NCBI GenBank assembly: GCA_951406725.2
Contig: OX597815.1
Location: 14,818,001-14,882,000 of the forward strand
Reading direction: 5' to 3'
Source of the DNA: Octopus vulgaris
Lineage: Eukaryota
DNA: 64,000 bases
Shown in pieces: positions 27,522-42,300 of this stretch; within the stretch, counting starts at the first letter, position 1, and each line of letters opens with the position of its first letter. Below the pieces are notes generated by a model. The model had not been told where the DNA came from. It was given only the letters and a program-made list of their open reading frames with translations, and ran no database searches. The translations under genes were made by a program, and so were the position numbers.

Positions 27522-28094
27522 TGTGTGTGGGTTGTATGTATATATGTATGTATTATTATTATTTTTATCATTATTTAAAACTGTTAAATAATAATAAATT
27601 AAAGTTTCTTACAGAAACTAGTTCGCCGGTGTCAAATAACATACACATGCGCGCGCCCGCATGTGTGTACATACATACACACGTACATGTACACATGCAT
27701 ACATACATACATACATACATACATACATACATACATACATACATACATACATACATTCATACATCATACATACATATATACATACATGCATGCATGCATA
27801 CATACATACATACATACATACATACATACATACATACATACATACATACATACATACATACATACATACATACATACATACATACATACATACACACGAA
27901 TGTGTATGCATGCAGCTATGTATGTAGATGTTACAGCTGTAACGTAATACTTTTTTTTATTATTGAATGCTTTTGTTATAATGTCTCCGTTTTTGGAAAA
28001 CATTTTCTAATTGATTTGTACGTGTGGATATCTATCAAGCTATCTGTCTATCCTGCTATCTATGTAGTCTCTGCCTGTGTATAAATAAATGTTC

Positions 28095-28213
<119 letters not shown>

Positions 28214-28244
28214 TGTGTGTGTATGTATATATATATGTACTAGA

Positions 28245-28365
28245 TTAATAAGGCTGCAAAAACATCACAAAAGCTGTTACTCAGTCTCACATTCCCGTTC
28301 GTCGAAAACTGTCCAACGAACAAGAACGTGAAACTCTTAGTAACAGTTTTTGCAGCTTTGTTAAT
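28245..28365. repeat. Short palindrome whose arms are degenerate hammerhead-like motifs
   Basis: Arms ctgttactcagtctcacattcccgttcgtcg and ctgtccaacgaacaagaacgtgaaactcttagtaacag; flanked by (TA)n. Confidence 0.6.
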
Positions 28366-28459
28366 AAAGCATATTACCCTACCTCCAGTATTCGAGTACT
28401 ATTTTTCCACTTTGTTTCACATTTATGTGCTTAGTCGGGTGTGTGTGTGTGTGTGTGTG

Positions 28460-28530
<71 letters not shown>

Positions 28531-28736
28531 AATGTGAGGATAAAATTCTTTTCGAAAAAAAAAATAATATTTTCTCGAAATAAATTTTATCAATGGCCAA
28601 CATATTAAAAAATACCTTTGACGGTTAAATTTATAAACAATTCATAAATGAGGGCAAAGGAAAAAAATTCTAATGCCAAATATGCCGAAAGATTCCATGG
28701 GTGTGAGTAAGTATCTCATTTATTTCTTTTGCCACA

Positions 28737-28793
28737 TGTATCACTGACGAAGAGAGGGCTCTTAGTAGCTAACTCTGAAATCGGTCCGATATG
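28737..28793 (+). ncRNA. Minimal type I hammerhead
   Basis: tgtatca-CTGACGA-agag...ctct-GAAA-tcgg-TC-cgatatg; bracketed by inverted attctaatgccaaatatgccgaaa (28667-28690) and its complement (28882-28905), and by (TA)n. Confidence 0.65.
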
Positions 28794-28901
28794 GTAATAA
28801 TGGAAATTTTTAGAAATTTCTGTCGACCTTTTTTCGGGTAGCGTGCGTATTGTGAAAAATTATATGGTTAATGGACAATATTTTCGGCATATTTGGCATT
28901 A

Positions 28902-28970
<69 letters not shown>

Positions 28971-28983
28971 TATATATGCACAT

Positions 28984-29039
<56 letters not shown>

Positions 29040-29194
29040 GCACATATATATGCACATACACACATATATATATATATATACATACATACACAGGGAGAGA
29101 TGGCGACAGAGAGAGGGAGAAAGGGGGAGACAGATAGACATATGGACAGACAGATATATATATATATATATATATTGTCCTATGTTGTATTATA

Positions 29195-29240
<46 letters not shown>

Positions 29241-29289
29241 TATAATACAACATAGGACAAGAACGCATATTGTCCTATGTTGTATTATA

Positions 29290-29365
<76 letters not shown>

Positions 29366-30415
29366 CATATATATAATACAACATAGGACAAGAACGCAAA
29401 ACATCCGGACAGCTAGATCATACAAAAAGGGACAACAAAACATCCAGATAGACGATACAAAGAAAACAAGGACAGGTCATTTGAAGTTTTCTTTCCTCAG
29501 TCAAGCACCAGATTATTCTCGCAATTTCGGTTGATTGTTCTTGAAATTGTTCCAATCTGGCCAGCCCCAAGGAAAAACTAAGCTAAGAGCATTAGATTCC
29601 TTGGAAGAAAGCAGCGATTGTATACAAAAACAAGGAGGGAAAAAACCGGACAATGTTACACAAATATAATACAATAACAACAGGTGTCTTTCGACTAAGG
29701 ACGAATTGAATTAAGCTGGCGCGAGTGGAAATGAAGCCTTACGGCAGAGATACAAAGATTATTCTTGAGATTGCTCCAATCTGGCCAGCCCCAAGGAAAA
29801 ACTAAGCTAAGAGCATTACAATCCTTGGAAGAAATATATATTCATGCATACACATACATACAAATACATCGATATGCACACGCGCATATATAAAGTTGAG
29901 CAAACATGCTCAATCGAATAGGCGTTTAACATAAAAAAATGCAGGTTGTAGTGGTTAATTCAAACGTAGTTATCGGTTTTTGATGGCATAAGAGTTTAAC
30001 AAATGGAGGGTGGGAGGACGAAATAAAGCGACTTTGAGAATAATACGAAATGTCGTAATACATAATGTTGTAGTATGCGTATATAAGGAAATAACTGACA
30101 ATTTGGTAGACAGCAGTATCTAGATCGAACGTAGTTATTATTATCAGATAATGATAAAGATAAAAAATGTGTTAGTAATAGCTAGCGATAGATATGCGTT
30201 CAATAACTGTTATAAAATATAAAATACGGAATATAAATATAAATACATATCCTAAAATATAAAAGATAAAATTTTGAATAAAAGATGTAAAATAAAAATC
30301 AAGCGATATAAAGATGAAAATATAAAATAATAAAATATAGAATATAAAATAAGGTAAAAGTGAATGTGAAGAATATCATATAAAAATATATTAGACTATA
30401 TATATATATACATAC

Positions 30416-30463
<48 letters not shown>

Positions 30464-30464
30464 A

Positions 30465-30558
<94 letters not shown>

Positions 30559-31139
30559 TTTGAGGGAATATTATTCCTAACTTACAGGAAAAAATTCAAT
30601 TTAGAGATACTAAATCAAATTTCATAAAATATAATATATATATAAAAATTAGAAAAAAAACACCTTTTATCAATTAAAAATGAGCAATTAAATTACACCA
30701 TCTAGAAAATTACATATAACAGAAATATTAAATATAAAATAACAATAATATACCGATGATTAAGTAAATTGCAAAATAATAATAAAAACGTATATATTAA
30801 AAGAAAGTCATTGCTGATAGTCAGGGATGTAGTCTCGATCGAAAGTTTAGTAAAGAAATATTCTCTTAATGAGAGGACTATAGTAGAAAAATTATAGAAA
30901 ATTATAGAACTATAGCAAAAGACACAATGTAAAAGATATTTAAGAACATCTTAATCTGAAGTAACCATAAAGAATATGGGACTAAAGTAAAAGAGGTAAA
31001 GAAAAGGTTAATCAGAAGTAAATGCAACTAAAGGTCTGAGATGTAAAGCTTGACCACAGCTTACGGTAATCATAGTTAATATGTGTTGTAAAGAAAAGGT
31101 TTCCTAACGAGATGCGGGCACGTTACAATAACCTCTTTC

Positions 31140-31320
31140 GGATCTTTTCCTTTTGAACGGCAGTTTTCAACACAATTTCTAGTTAACTAAACACTTTTAA
31201 ACTTCGTATACTGGCAGAATGTGCTTATAAAACATCATTTTTTCTTGGCTTTATTGAGAAAATTCTATAGTTTGTAACATATTTCGACTTTAATTTCGAG
31301 CATTTTTCATGAATTCTCCC
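31140..31320. mobile_element. Left part of the ggatcttttc-TIR MITE
   Basis: Homologous to 1-130 and 4636-4800. Confidence 0.7.
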
Positions 31321-31321
31321 C

Positions 31322-31383
<62 letters not shown>

Positions 31384-31485
31384 CATACATACATATTTAC
31401 AGGAAGTTAATTATATGGTTGATCATAGAGTGACCAATGGTTTTGCATCCATAAAGCGATTGACCATATAATTAACTTCCTATAA

Positions 31486-32830
31486 GTATCAGGTCATCTC
31501 TCTCTATATAAACGGCAGTTTGTCTGTGCGTTTTCTGTGTGTCTGTTTTCTCGTACCCTCACTCTGACCACGGCTTTCAACCGATTCTGATAAAACTTGA
31601 CACACACATAGCCCAATGTCATAATTCAAAACTAACGCAGCGAAAATTTTGAAAAGTTCCCCAGTTCTGAAAAAAATCGATAAATTCGACATGGGGTCGA
31701 GAATCAGAAACCCAAACCGCAGACCGTCTAGGGGACGCAACTCCCCCTTTTTAACTCTCAAAAAAAATTTCCCATAATTTTTTTTTCCATTTTTTTGCTA
31801 TTTTTTGGCTATAACTCTCTAAAAATGCTTTATAGTTATTTCCCTTACAAACCTGAGCAACGCCGGGCGATACTGCTAGTTAAGAATAAAATGTCCAATT
31901 TTCTTATGCACCAAGTTTGACAGTTGTTAACTCTGTTTCATCCTGACAATCCTTTGTTTTACAACTTTGAACAGTTACATGATCACTTTTCGAAATGCAA
32001 TTCATGGTGTCTGATTATGTTGTGAGTTTTCTCTTGTAAATCAATTTTTGTGAACCCATGGAGCGATAAAAAAAATTCGTGTTGTTTATGAAAATGAGTT
32101 CCGTCGTGAAACCAGTGCAACCCAGACAGCTTGAAACATCAATGAGGTGCTTGGTGAAGATGTGGCGAATGAGCGCACTGTACGTCGATGGTTTGAAAAG
32201 TTCCGGTCTGGTGACTTTACTCTTGAAAATCAGCCCCATAGTAGACTTAAGACCAAGGTGGATAATGATGATCTGGAAACCGTAGTGGAAGTGGCTACAT
32301 CTCAAACTACGCTTGAGTTCGCAGCAAGGTTTGGTGTTTCTATTCCAACTGTATTGGACCACCTGAAACAAATCGGCAAGGCAAAGAAGCTGGACAAGTG
32401 GGTACGACACGAACTGAACGAGCATCAAATGACACATCGTCTTGAAACTTGTTGTTCTTTGCTGTCGCGGCATAAAAGCGATCCATTTTTGCATCGTATT
32501 GTTACGTGTGATGAAAAATGGATTCTTTTCAATAGCAAGCGTTCTTTTTGCTCGGTGTTTAGATAGAGACGAAGTGCCAAAACACAATCCAAAAAAGAAT
32601 ATTCCCCAAAATAGCTAATGGTATCCGTTTGGTGGTCCAGGGTTGGTGTCATCCACTATAACGTCATGAGACCTGTTAAGTCAATTACAGCGGATGAAAT
32701 GATGAGTGAACTTGCAATTAAACAACCGAGATTGGTGGTGAATAGAGACAGGTCAATTCTCTTGCAAGATAATACTCGATCACATGTTGCGCAAAGTATG
32801 CTACTCGAGTTATAGTAACTGAACATGGAA
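31486..32830 (+). mobile_element. Decayed mariner (Hsmar/cecropia-like); the putative left TIR is split by a Helitron
   Basis: ERTVRRWFEKFRSGD, KWVRHEL, FLHRIVTCDEKWILF, VSVWWS, ILLQDN. Confidence 0.88.
31497..31879 (+). mobile_element. Non-autonomous Helitron-type element
   Basis: A|TCTC...gagcaacgccgggcgatactgCTAG|T. Confidence 0.78.
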
Positions 32831-33431
32831 AAACTTCTCCTATCCCTCCAATCCAACAAACCTACCAGTATTTATGTTATCCCTCCCATCACACTCAAAT
32901 AATAAATTCATATCTTCTCGAAACACTTCAATCTCCGTCTTAATCTGTTCCCATCTCTTGAATGTTCCTTCTCTGATTCAGCTGAATGCCTATCTGTCAC
33001 ACTCTTGGAAATAAGACAAAACGTTGTCCACAATCACTTACTTCATCACTTTTAATTTCTGTCTCTCTTTGTTTCTCACTCTTTAGTGACTACCTCTATA
33101 GGTCCCGAAAGTCGTCAGATTTACCGGATACTAAAATTCCTTTTTCACATAATATACTTACTCACCATTTAAAACCATCACAAAAATTACTCCGAACTAT
33201 ATTCTTCCCCACACTCTTCTTTGTGTAATATCTTCAACTCTACATCCTATGCAAGCTCTATGTGTTGGCTCTTTTAGAAAACATCCATTCCTGTGAAATC
33301 TTACTTTGCTTCACTCCTCTTTAACATTCCATACTGAGTTCTAACCCACTTGCAGTCCAAAGAACTCATTCCAGATACACACTGAATTCATAAACAACGA
33401 CCTGAAGGGCGAGAATGCTCCACCAATAATC

Positions 33432-33432
<1 letters not shown>

Positions 33433-33462
<30 letters not shown>

Positions 33463-33512
33463 TGTATGTATGTATGTATGTATGTATGTATGTATGTATG
33501 CATGTATATATG

Positions 33513-33543
<31 letters not shown>

Positions 33544-33548
33544 ATATG

Positions 33549-33582
<34 letters not shown>

Positions 33583-33664
33583 TGTATGTATGTATGTATG
33601 TATGTATGTATGTATGTATGTATGTATGTATGTATGTATGTATGTATGTATGTATGTATGTATG

Positions 33665-33698
<34 letters not shown>

Positions 33699-33752
33699 TG
33701 TATGTGTGTGTGTATGTATGTATGTATGTATGTATATATGTATGTATGCATG

Positions 33753-33786
<34 letters not shown>

Positions 33787-33800
33787 TGTATGTATGCATG

Positions 33801-33831
<31 letters not shown>

Positions 33832-33912
33832 ATATGTATATATGTATATATGTATGTATGTATGTATGTATGTGCGTGTGTATGTATGTATGTATGTATA
33901 TATGTATGTATG

Positions 33913-33946
<34 letters not shown>

Positions 33947-34078
33947 TGTATGTATGTATGTGTGTGTATGTATGTATGTATGTATGTATGTATGTATGTA
34001 TGTATGTATATATGTATGTATGTATGTATATATGTATGTATGTATGTATATATGTATGTATGTATGTATATATGTATG

Positions 34079-34143
<65 letters not shown>

Positions 34144-34247
34144 ATGTATGTATGTATGTATGTATGTATGTATGTATGTATGTATGTATGTGTGTGTGTG
34201 TATGTATGTATGTATGTATGTATGTATGTATGTATGTATGTATGTAT
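33433..34247. repeat. (TATG)n microsatellite ending about 27 nt before the SLC18 exon 1 acceptor
   Basis: Directly visible. Confidence 0.97.
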
Positions 34248-34274
34248 AATCTTATTTACTATTTTTTTTATCAG

Positions 34275-34431
34275 ATCAACGACAGCGACAAAATGGTTTC
34301 ACACACCATTTCTTTGTTCAATTATGGAATTTACTCAGACGTATTTATCCGGATATTTCGGTCTCGACGTATGGTTCTTTTCATTATATTTTACACACTT
34401 CTCTTGGATAATTTCCTCCTCACAGCATTAG
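34275..34431 (+). CDS. SLC18-like coding exon 1 (probable ATG at 34293; TM1, LLLDNFLLT)
   Basis: Acceptor ttttttatcag ends at 34274, donor G|gtaagt at 34432, phase 1. The acceptor implies a further upstream exon that was not identified. Confidence 0.88.
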
Positions 34432-37400
34432 GTAAGTTACAATTCATTGATTTTACATATAACACCAAACCATTTTGTTGCATATTCATCAATGTTGACG
34501 TTGTTATTATTTTCTTAACTGGCTTATTGTGAAAAGTGTTCTATGACCATCTCAACTTATTTTAAGATACTAGGTTAAACTTTAGGAATATTTCTGGTAG
34601 CTCTTTTTTCCTGTGTGACTACTGACTTTGTTATTCATTTAACACCCTCTACAAATACACAATAAAAAAAAAAAAAACTTCCAAGCTGAAAATTATCCAG
34701 GTATGTTTGTATTTAAGGATTAATTATTTCAACTGCTGTGTGAAATTAACAGCGGACCTTCAAGCAAACCAGGGAAGATTCACAAAGAAGATCGTCTCTT
34801 TGCAACAGCTCAGCTACTGGGAAAGGTTGAAACAGCTAAGACTTTACTCCCTGGAGAGAAGACGGGAGAGGTATGCAGTAATATATATCTGGAAGATCCT
34901 GGAAGGAATTGTGCCAAATTTTGGCCTTGAAAGCTACACCAATGCCAAAACGGGACGATACTGCATAATGCCAAAAGTCCCAGCAATGCCATCACGTTTC
35001 AGGACCAGCTTCTGCAACAGCCTGGGTTTCAAGGGTTCACAGCTTTTTAATATTCTTCCAAAGAGTCTGAGGAACTTGCACAAAGTAGATGTAGGGGTTT
35101 TTAAATCAAAGCTGGACATCTTCCTGTCGAGAGTCGCAGATGAACCTACCTCACGGCAAGAGGTGCAAATGAGAGTAGCTATGTCAAACTCCATTCTTCA
35201 CCAAGAGCCACATATTAGAGGAGGTTCTTCGTAATAACAGTGTAGCAAAACGGCGGTGCATCAGCATGGCCGCAGCTCTGAGCTGAAACTAGAGAAAAAA
35301 AACTGCTATTGTACTAAAGAATAAATTGCCGACACTGAGTATGCACACAATAAATGTAAACAAATCCCTATACATTCTCTCTGTGGGCAGACAATAAAGG
35401 TTCAACTGGTTTCGATCCTACTTGGGATACTCAACAGTTTACTGTTCACAGGGATATTGTACGCACACACACGCACGTGTGTGTGTATGTATGCATACAT
35501 GCGTGCATGCGTGTCTCTTCTATATTTAATCATTTAAATTCTTCCTCTGAAGAAGGAACTGGTTTCTAACAAAGATACACAGTTCCTTTCTTTCGAATGT
35601 AGATAGCGAAAACAAGTCACATTTTAAACCCGAGAAAAGTCTTTGCTAATTTTACTGTTTCGTTTACAGTTGGTTGATTACTTTTCTGAAAATGTATGTA
35701 TGTACGTGTATGTATGTATAAATTGTCACTTTATATATGTGTTTCAGTAGGCATTTAACAGATGGGTGTACAGTGTCCTCTAATTTGGGTTCAAACGGAG
35801 CTTGAACAGAAGTCTACAGTTTCCCGATGTCTTCAATTACACATGTAGTGTTGACTTAAACTTGTATAATTACGCTATATATTTTACTCTAGAATAAAAT
35901 CACAGTCTCAAAAACACCCTGCATTGTCCATTAATAACTAATCCAACTACCTGGCAGCATTACACTGTTTTCGCAAATCGGGTTTTCCGGTTTAATGAAA
36001 TCACTACATTCAGTGACTAAACACACACACACACCGAGTGTCTCTATGGATAGATACGCGATCGCAGTTCCTAATGAATATCTCAAATGGGGCCGAGACT
36101 ACTTCTTTTTTATGTTCACAGAGAAATTTTATTGGTGTTTACATTTCCTAGTGTTCCCAATACGATATTAGCTAAAATTTGTTCTACCCCAATAGTTTTC
36201 CTCTGTAACCTTTTCTACTCTAGGAACAAGACCCAAAATATTTCGGAGGGGGGGCAGTCGATTAGAACGACCCCAGTACACAACTAGAACTTAATTTATC
36301 GACCTTGAAAGGATGATAGGCAAAGTCGACCTCAGCGGAATTTGAACTCAGAACGTAACGGCAGACGAAATACGGCTACGCATTCCGCCCGGCGTGCTAA
36401 CGTTTCTGCCAGCTCGCCGCCTTCTGTAACGCAAATATTGTTTAAAAAGAAACAACCTGCTTAGCATCTCAATAATTATTTAATACTATTTCACTTGTTC
36501 CTTTTATAATTGAGAGTTGCATTCTGTTTCCACTCTGTTTTGAATTCAAAAGGTGTCGATAAAATACTGGAGCTGTCTTAACTAACGGTCCCTTTCTACA
36601 AAATGCGTGGCCCTTGTGTTTGCCCGTCTTAGAAATCTTTATTTAGGTGTGACGCACAACGTAGCAGAAGTCTGTCACAAGCAAAAAGTAAATAAATAAA
36701 TAAATAAATAAATAGAAAGTGCAGTTTTTGTTACATGTCTTGAATGTAAGATGATGTCTACCTTGGACTTGTATAGAGTGATGTGTGTAGGGAAGGATGT
36801 TTAGTTGGATGAAGTTCTGTGGAGAAAGTATTGCAAAAATGTCTTAACGCAGTGTTTGGTGAAACACTGAAAGGCTGAAGATACACTGGAGCTGTGTCTA
36901 GTGATTCAGAAGAATAGAGAATGTTGTTAGAGAGAGAGAGAAGATGGTATAACTGATTTTTATTTTTAACTACCCACAAGGGGTTAAACACAGAGAGGAC
37001 AAACAAGGACAGACAAACGGATTAAGTCGATTATATCGACCCCAGTGCGTAACTGGTACTTAATTTATCGACCCCGAAAGGATGAAAGGCAAAGTCGGCC
37101 TCGGCGAAGTTTGAACTCAGAACGTAACGGCAGACGAAATACGGCTACGCATTTCGCTCGGCGTGCTAACGGTTCTGCCAGCTCGCCACCTTGAAGATGG
37201 TATAACTGATTTGTAGTGTAATGTGGGTTTGAACTGAATTTTGTAAAGACTGAAGTATTTCTAGCTTCGAAGATAAAGTCTGTCATTTGGGGCGGATATT
37301 GTGCAACGTTACTGATATTTGATCACAATTAAAGATCATCTGATGTTGTGAGGTTTAACATTTTAGTGCGTTTCAGGATCTTAGTTGTGTGTTGGTTCGG

Positions 37401-39254
37401 AACATGAAGAGTATAGTTCAGTATGGCTGTTTCATGTTGATGATAGAGATGAAGTTGTTATGCTTTTCTTATGTTTCTTGGAAAGATAAGGTTGACAGTG
37501 CATGCAGCAGATATTTTCAATTAATTTCCTGTTTTTAAAGTTTTTAAAACTAATTTAATTTAATTTACCAAATTAGGTGTGGCGTTAGAAATTTACTATT
37601 GAAACTCTAGAATCGACTAACAAAAGAAGAAAACTAAATCCTTTTTTATCTATCTCATCTTCCTCAAATTTCGATCTGAGTTCGATTTTCAATAGTAGCT
37701 TAATTTTAAATCTGATTTAATACATTTGCACCCACAATTAAAATCTCCACCACTTTCTTTCTGACCTTTTCTTTTTTTATCTTTTCTTTTCGACCCTTTC
37801 TTTTTTCTTTTCTTTCTGACCCTTTTTTTCTTTTCTTTTTGGCCCTTTCTTTTTTTCTTTTTCCTTTTTTATTTTCTTTTGCAAATATTTTATATGTTAA
37901 GATTTCAAACAGCAAATTATTGATGTGATAAAAAGATAATTTCATATCAGTTCTGATCTGCCATATTTTATTGCCTTCCCACTTTTGACTTTTCCCGTTT
38001 CAGTACCGATTATCCCAGATTATTTGATAGAGAAAGACAAAGAACAACTGAAACAAACCTTAAGAGGATATCATCTAAAAGTCTTTGATAATCGTACAAG
38101 TTTACAAATCGTAGTAAACCGGACTCAATATATAAACTTCACTGGCAACTTTAGTAACAGTCCGGATGTGGGTGGAAGATTCAGTATTGTACAAGATATC
38201 TTCTCCATACCATTAAATAAGCTCAACGAAAATACACGTGTCGGCTGGCTTCTCTCTTCCAAAGCGATTGTTCAACTCATGTTCAACTTCCTCGTAGGAC
38301 CATTTACAAACAGGTAAGGCAACTACAGCTTTTACATGAGTTTATATATATATTTTTTTAATATTGGTTTCACATTTTGGTACACGACCGGCAGCTTCGG
38401 GGGAGGGGTAAGTCAATTACATCAACCTCAGTAATCAGCTGGTACTTATTTTATTGACCCCGAAAGGAAGAAAGCAAATTCGAACTCACAGCGTTGCGAC
38501 AAACGAAATGCCGCTAAGCATTTTCTAGGCGTGCTAACGTTTCTGCCAGCTGCCGCCTTAAAATATTCTTCTTTTCTCTAAGCACAAGGCCCGACATTTT
38601 GGGGGAGGGGTAAAGACGATTAGATCGACCCCAGTGCGCAACTGGTGCTTCATTTACCGAATAATCGACTTAATCTGTTTGTCTGTCCTTGTATGTCCCC
38701 TCTGTGTTTAACCCCTTGTGGGTAGTAAAGAAATAGGTACTTCGTCTGTTGCTACGTTCTGAACTCAAACTCTCCCGAGGCTGACTTTGCTTTTCATCCT
38801 TTTGGGGGTCATTAAAATGAGCACCAATCAAGTACTGGAGTCGATGTATTCAACTTCACTCTCTCAAAATTGCTGCCTTTCAGCCAAAATTTGAAAGAAT
38901 AATATTTCACCATTTTTCTGATTTTCTTTTTTCGTGAGCAATTTGCTTTTCGTTTGTTTAGCTTTGCGTAAGTTGTTATTATTATTATTATTTGAGGAAT
39001 ATTATTCCTAACTTACAGGGAAAAATTCAAATATATACGTTTTTATTTTTGTTTTTTTTGCAATTTACTTAATCTTCTGTATATTATTGTTATTTTAATT
39101 TTAATATTTCTATTATATGTAATTTTCTAGATGGTGTAATTTAATTGTTCATTTTGAATTGATAAAAGGTGTTTTTTCTAATTTATATATATATATATAT
39201 AAATTAATATATATATATATATATATATTGTTTTTTGTGAATTCTCCTTGTATA

Positions 39255-39317
<63 letters not shown>

Positions 39318-39334
39318 CATCATCATCATCATCA

Positions 39335-39394
<60 letters not shown>

Positions 39395-42300
39395 GGGAAT
39401 ATTACTTCTGAGTACGCAGGAAAAAGACATTCAAATTAGATGTACTAAAATGAACATCTCTTAATGTTTAATTCGTATATATAAAAGTAATTTTAGAGAC
39501 AGAACCACCTTCAACTAAATCAACACTGAAAGATTTTATACCCTACTACTCCATAAAATGTTGAATATTAAATCCTATACTAACTATATCTATTCTGAAT
39601 ACCGCATTTTCCGTTCATAAGACTACACGTGTTTCATGAAAGTACATCGGTATTGATTAGATACGAGGTTTCTAGTTTCAATACTTAATCGAATCGACAT
39701 ACTCCCAATCTTCAGGTCTTGATTCCTCAATATTTTTCACCACCCGTACCTCTTATACACCTCCATGATACTTTTTATTTTCAATGTAATCTTAATTAAC
39801 ATGCACAAATGAATAGAAATACAAATAATAAATAAATAAATGAATAAATAAATAAAAATAATAACTGAATATTAAAAATTTAAGGAGTAAAAATTTAAGG
39901 AATAAAGATTGGGTGTATGTCAACCCGAGTAACTAGATACCTTGTATCTAATCAATACCGATGTACTTTCATGAAACACGTGTAGTCTTATAAACGGAAA
40001 ATACGGGATTCAGAATAGATATAATTAGTATAAGATTTGATTTTTAACATTTTATGGAGTGGTCGGGTATAAAATCTTTCAGTGTTGATTGAGTTGAAGG
40101 CGATTCTGTCTCTAAAATTACTTTCATATATATGATTTTGATTTTGATTTTTCCAGTTTCAGCTAATGAGCTGTGGCCATGCTGGGGCACCGCCATATAT
40201 ATATATATAACATAAACCAGAAGGGAACTGCCTGGAGGGTAGTGTTTCTGTTACAGGATGGATGTGTGTGCAAGTGTGTGTATGTGTGTTTATTGTGCAT
40301 TATTTCTTATATATTTGGTTGTTTCTCTTTGAAGATGTGGTTATGTCATCCCAGTATTTGTTGGTTGTTTGATCATCATGCTATCTGCCTGTTGTAAGTA
40401 CTTCATTTATTATACACATACTACAGACAGTTATGATGTGTGTGCGAGCGTGAGTACGTGCGCACGCGTGTGTAATTCGTGGAATTCCATCTGAATAATA
40501 TTAATTCGCATTATCATAAATATCATTACACAATATAACATTCTCGTCTTTTTATTCTGATGATGGCTGGAGGTAAATTCGAACGCGATAGATTCTATTT
40601 TAATTCACAAGAAGATACAGAAACTCGACGAAGGCTGCACTTGTATGCAAGGCTTACAATGAAACATAAATATGGTTGATGATTGTTTCAATAAATGCAG
40701 TCCTAGCTACTATAAGTTTTGCTCCAATATGGGCAAACATACTGGAAACAAAAACTATAAAATTATCGTACGAGAAAGTAGATGGATGCAATGAATGTTA
40801 CGTTGTTACGTAGGTGGTACGAAGCTTCTAAAACCTTTGTACCGAAGACATCTTAAATTTATGAAAGAGAGGGAGAATAGGAGGTTGTAACATTCATGCC
40901 TTTCCTAACTGATTAAAGACGAAAATGATTTGAAGCCCACCTGGGTAGCGAAACCGAATTCCTGACTCAGATAACATGGACGTAACCATTGCACTCTCAT
41001 CGCATGACGATCAGAAATATCCATCAAATGGTTGCGTGGCCGTGTAGTTAAGAATTCTCCCTTGTATGTTTCCGAATTCGACCCATTGTATACCATCTAG
41101 AGTAAGTGAAATCTATCATACAGTCATCCAAACTGTATGAATTAACTTCAGTGGACGGAAATTGTGCGGAAGCCCGTTAACTGAAGTGTTTCTGTTTTTC
41201 GGCTTCGAACCTATCCTTTTTCTTGATAATCTCCCGTGTCCGGGAAAGACAATTTCACAATTTCTTGCCGAACAACCAGTCCAAATGATTTGCTTATAGT
41301 GACCAAATATGCGCTGCATATGAATTCTTTTCCACCATCAGGTCGGTATTACTTGTTCCACGCGTCAGATGTCGAAGTCATCGCAGAACGACGTAATATG
41401 AAGTGGTTTGCTGAAGAACACAACGCACCGCCCAGTCTGGGAAATGAAACCACGGTCTGGCGATCGTGGGTGCAACACCCTAACTGCTAAGTCACGCACC
41501 CTCACAAATTGATTCTGTCACATGGTTTAACATAATACTACATGGATGCCTTTAATGGATTCCATTCTGTTGTAAGCATTCGGAGCGAGTTTCAGATCTA
41601 AAGATATGAAGACATTTCCTTCTCTCCACCCGTCTCGGAAGTCTTGCAAAACAAAGTCATTGACATTGCAACCCACCCCCCTCCGACTAAGTTATAAAAA
41701 AATAAGTGAGAACTACGAATTCTGGGTATGCACCATTTTTCGTCATCAGTTTTTCCTTACAGGTATAGGCTCAACGTATATAAAGCTGAAATTGTCTGTG
41801 TGTGTGGTAGGTTTGGTTGCCTTCAACTAACACTATCTCCTCCGAGACCCTGCGGCGCAAGTTGACCAAAATTGAGAGTATGATAGAAGAAGGCTTGCTC
41901 TTCCTTTCGTAGAAGAAAAAATTCAAATCGGACCATGTTAACACCAAAAATTATTTACACCAAAAAGGTGCTTTTTTTCTATGAAAATCCCTATTCTTTA
42001 TGATTTTTTTACTGCTGTGTCGCCATTTTTCGGTGTATTTCAACCAGAAAAATGTTCGTTTAAAGAGAATAACTAGCTACATAATGCAAAATTTTTACTT
42101 TTCAAATATTCCAATTCTATAGGGTCGAAACAAACCCGAGCAACGCCGGGCGATACTGCTAGTATTGTATAAATTCAAACTGAAACAGCAACCTCATTTT
42201 ACGTCGCCCCAGCCCACTCAGCTATAAATAAGTATCAGTGGGGTACTAGTGCTACTTTCTCTCCCCAACCCACCCACCAATAACATCCTTATTGTACTCC

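Noticed and set aside
38898-38967. Alternative candidate for SLC18 exon 3 ending at gtaagt (38968)
   Set aside because: In-frame stop and no suitable acceptor; 40335-40393 fits phase and homology.
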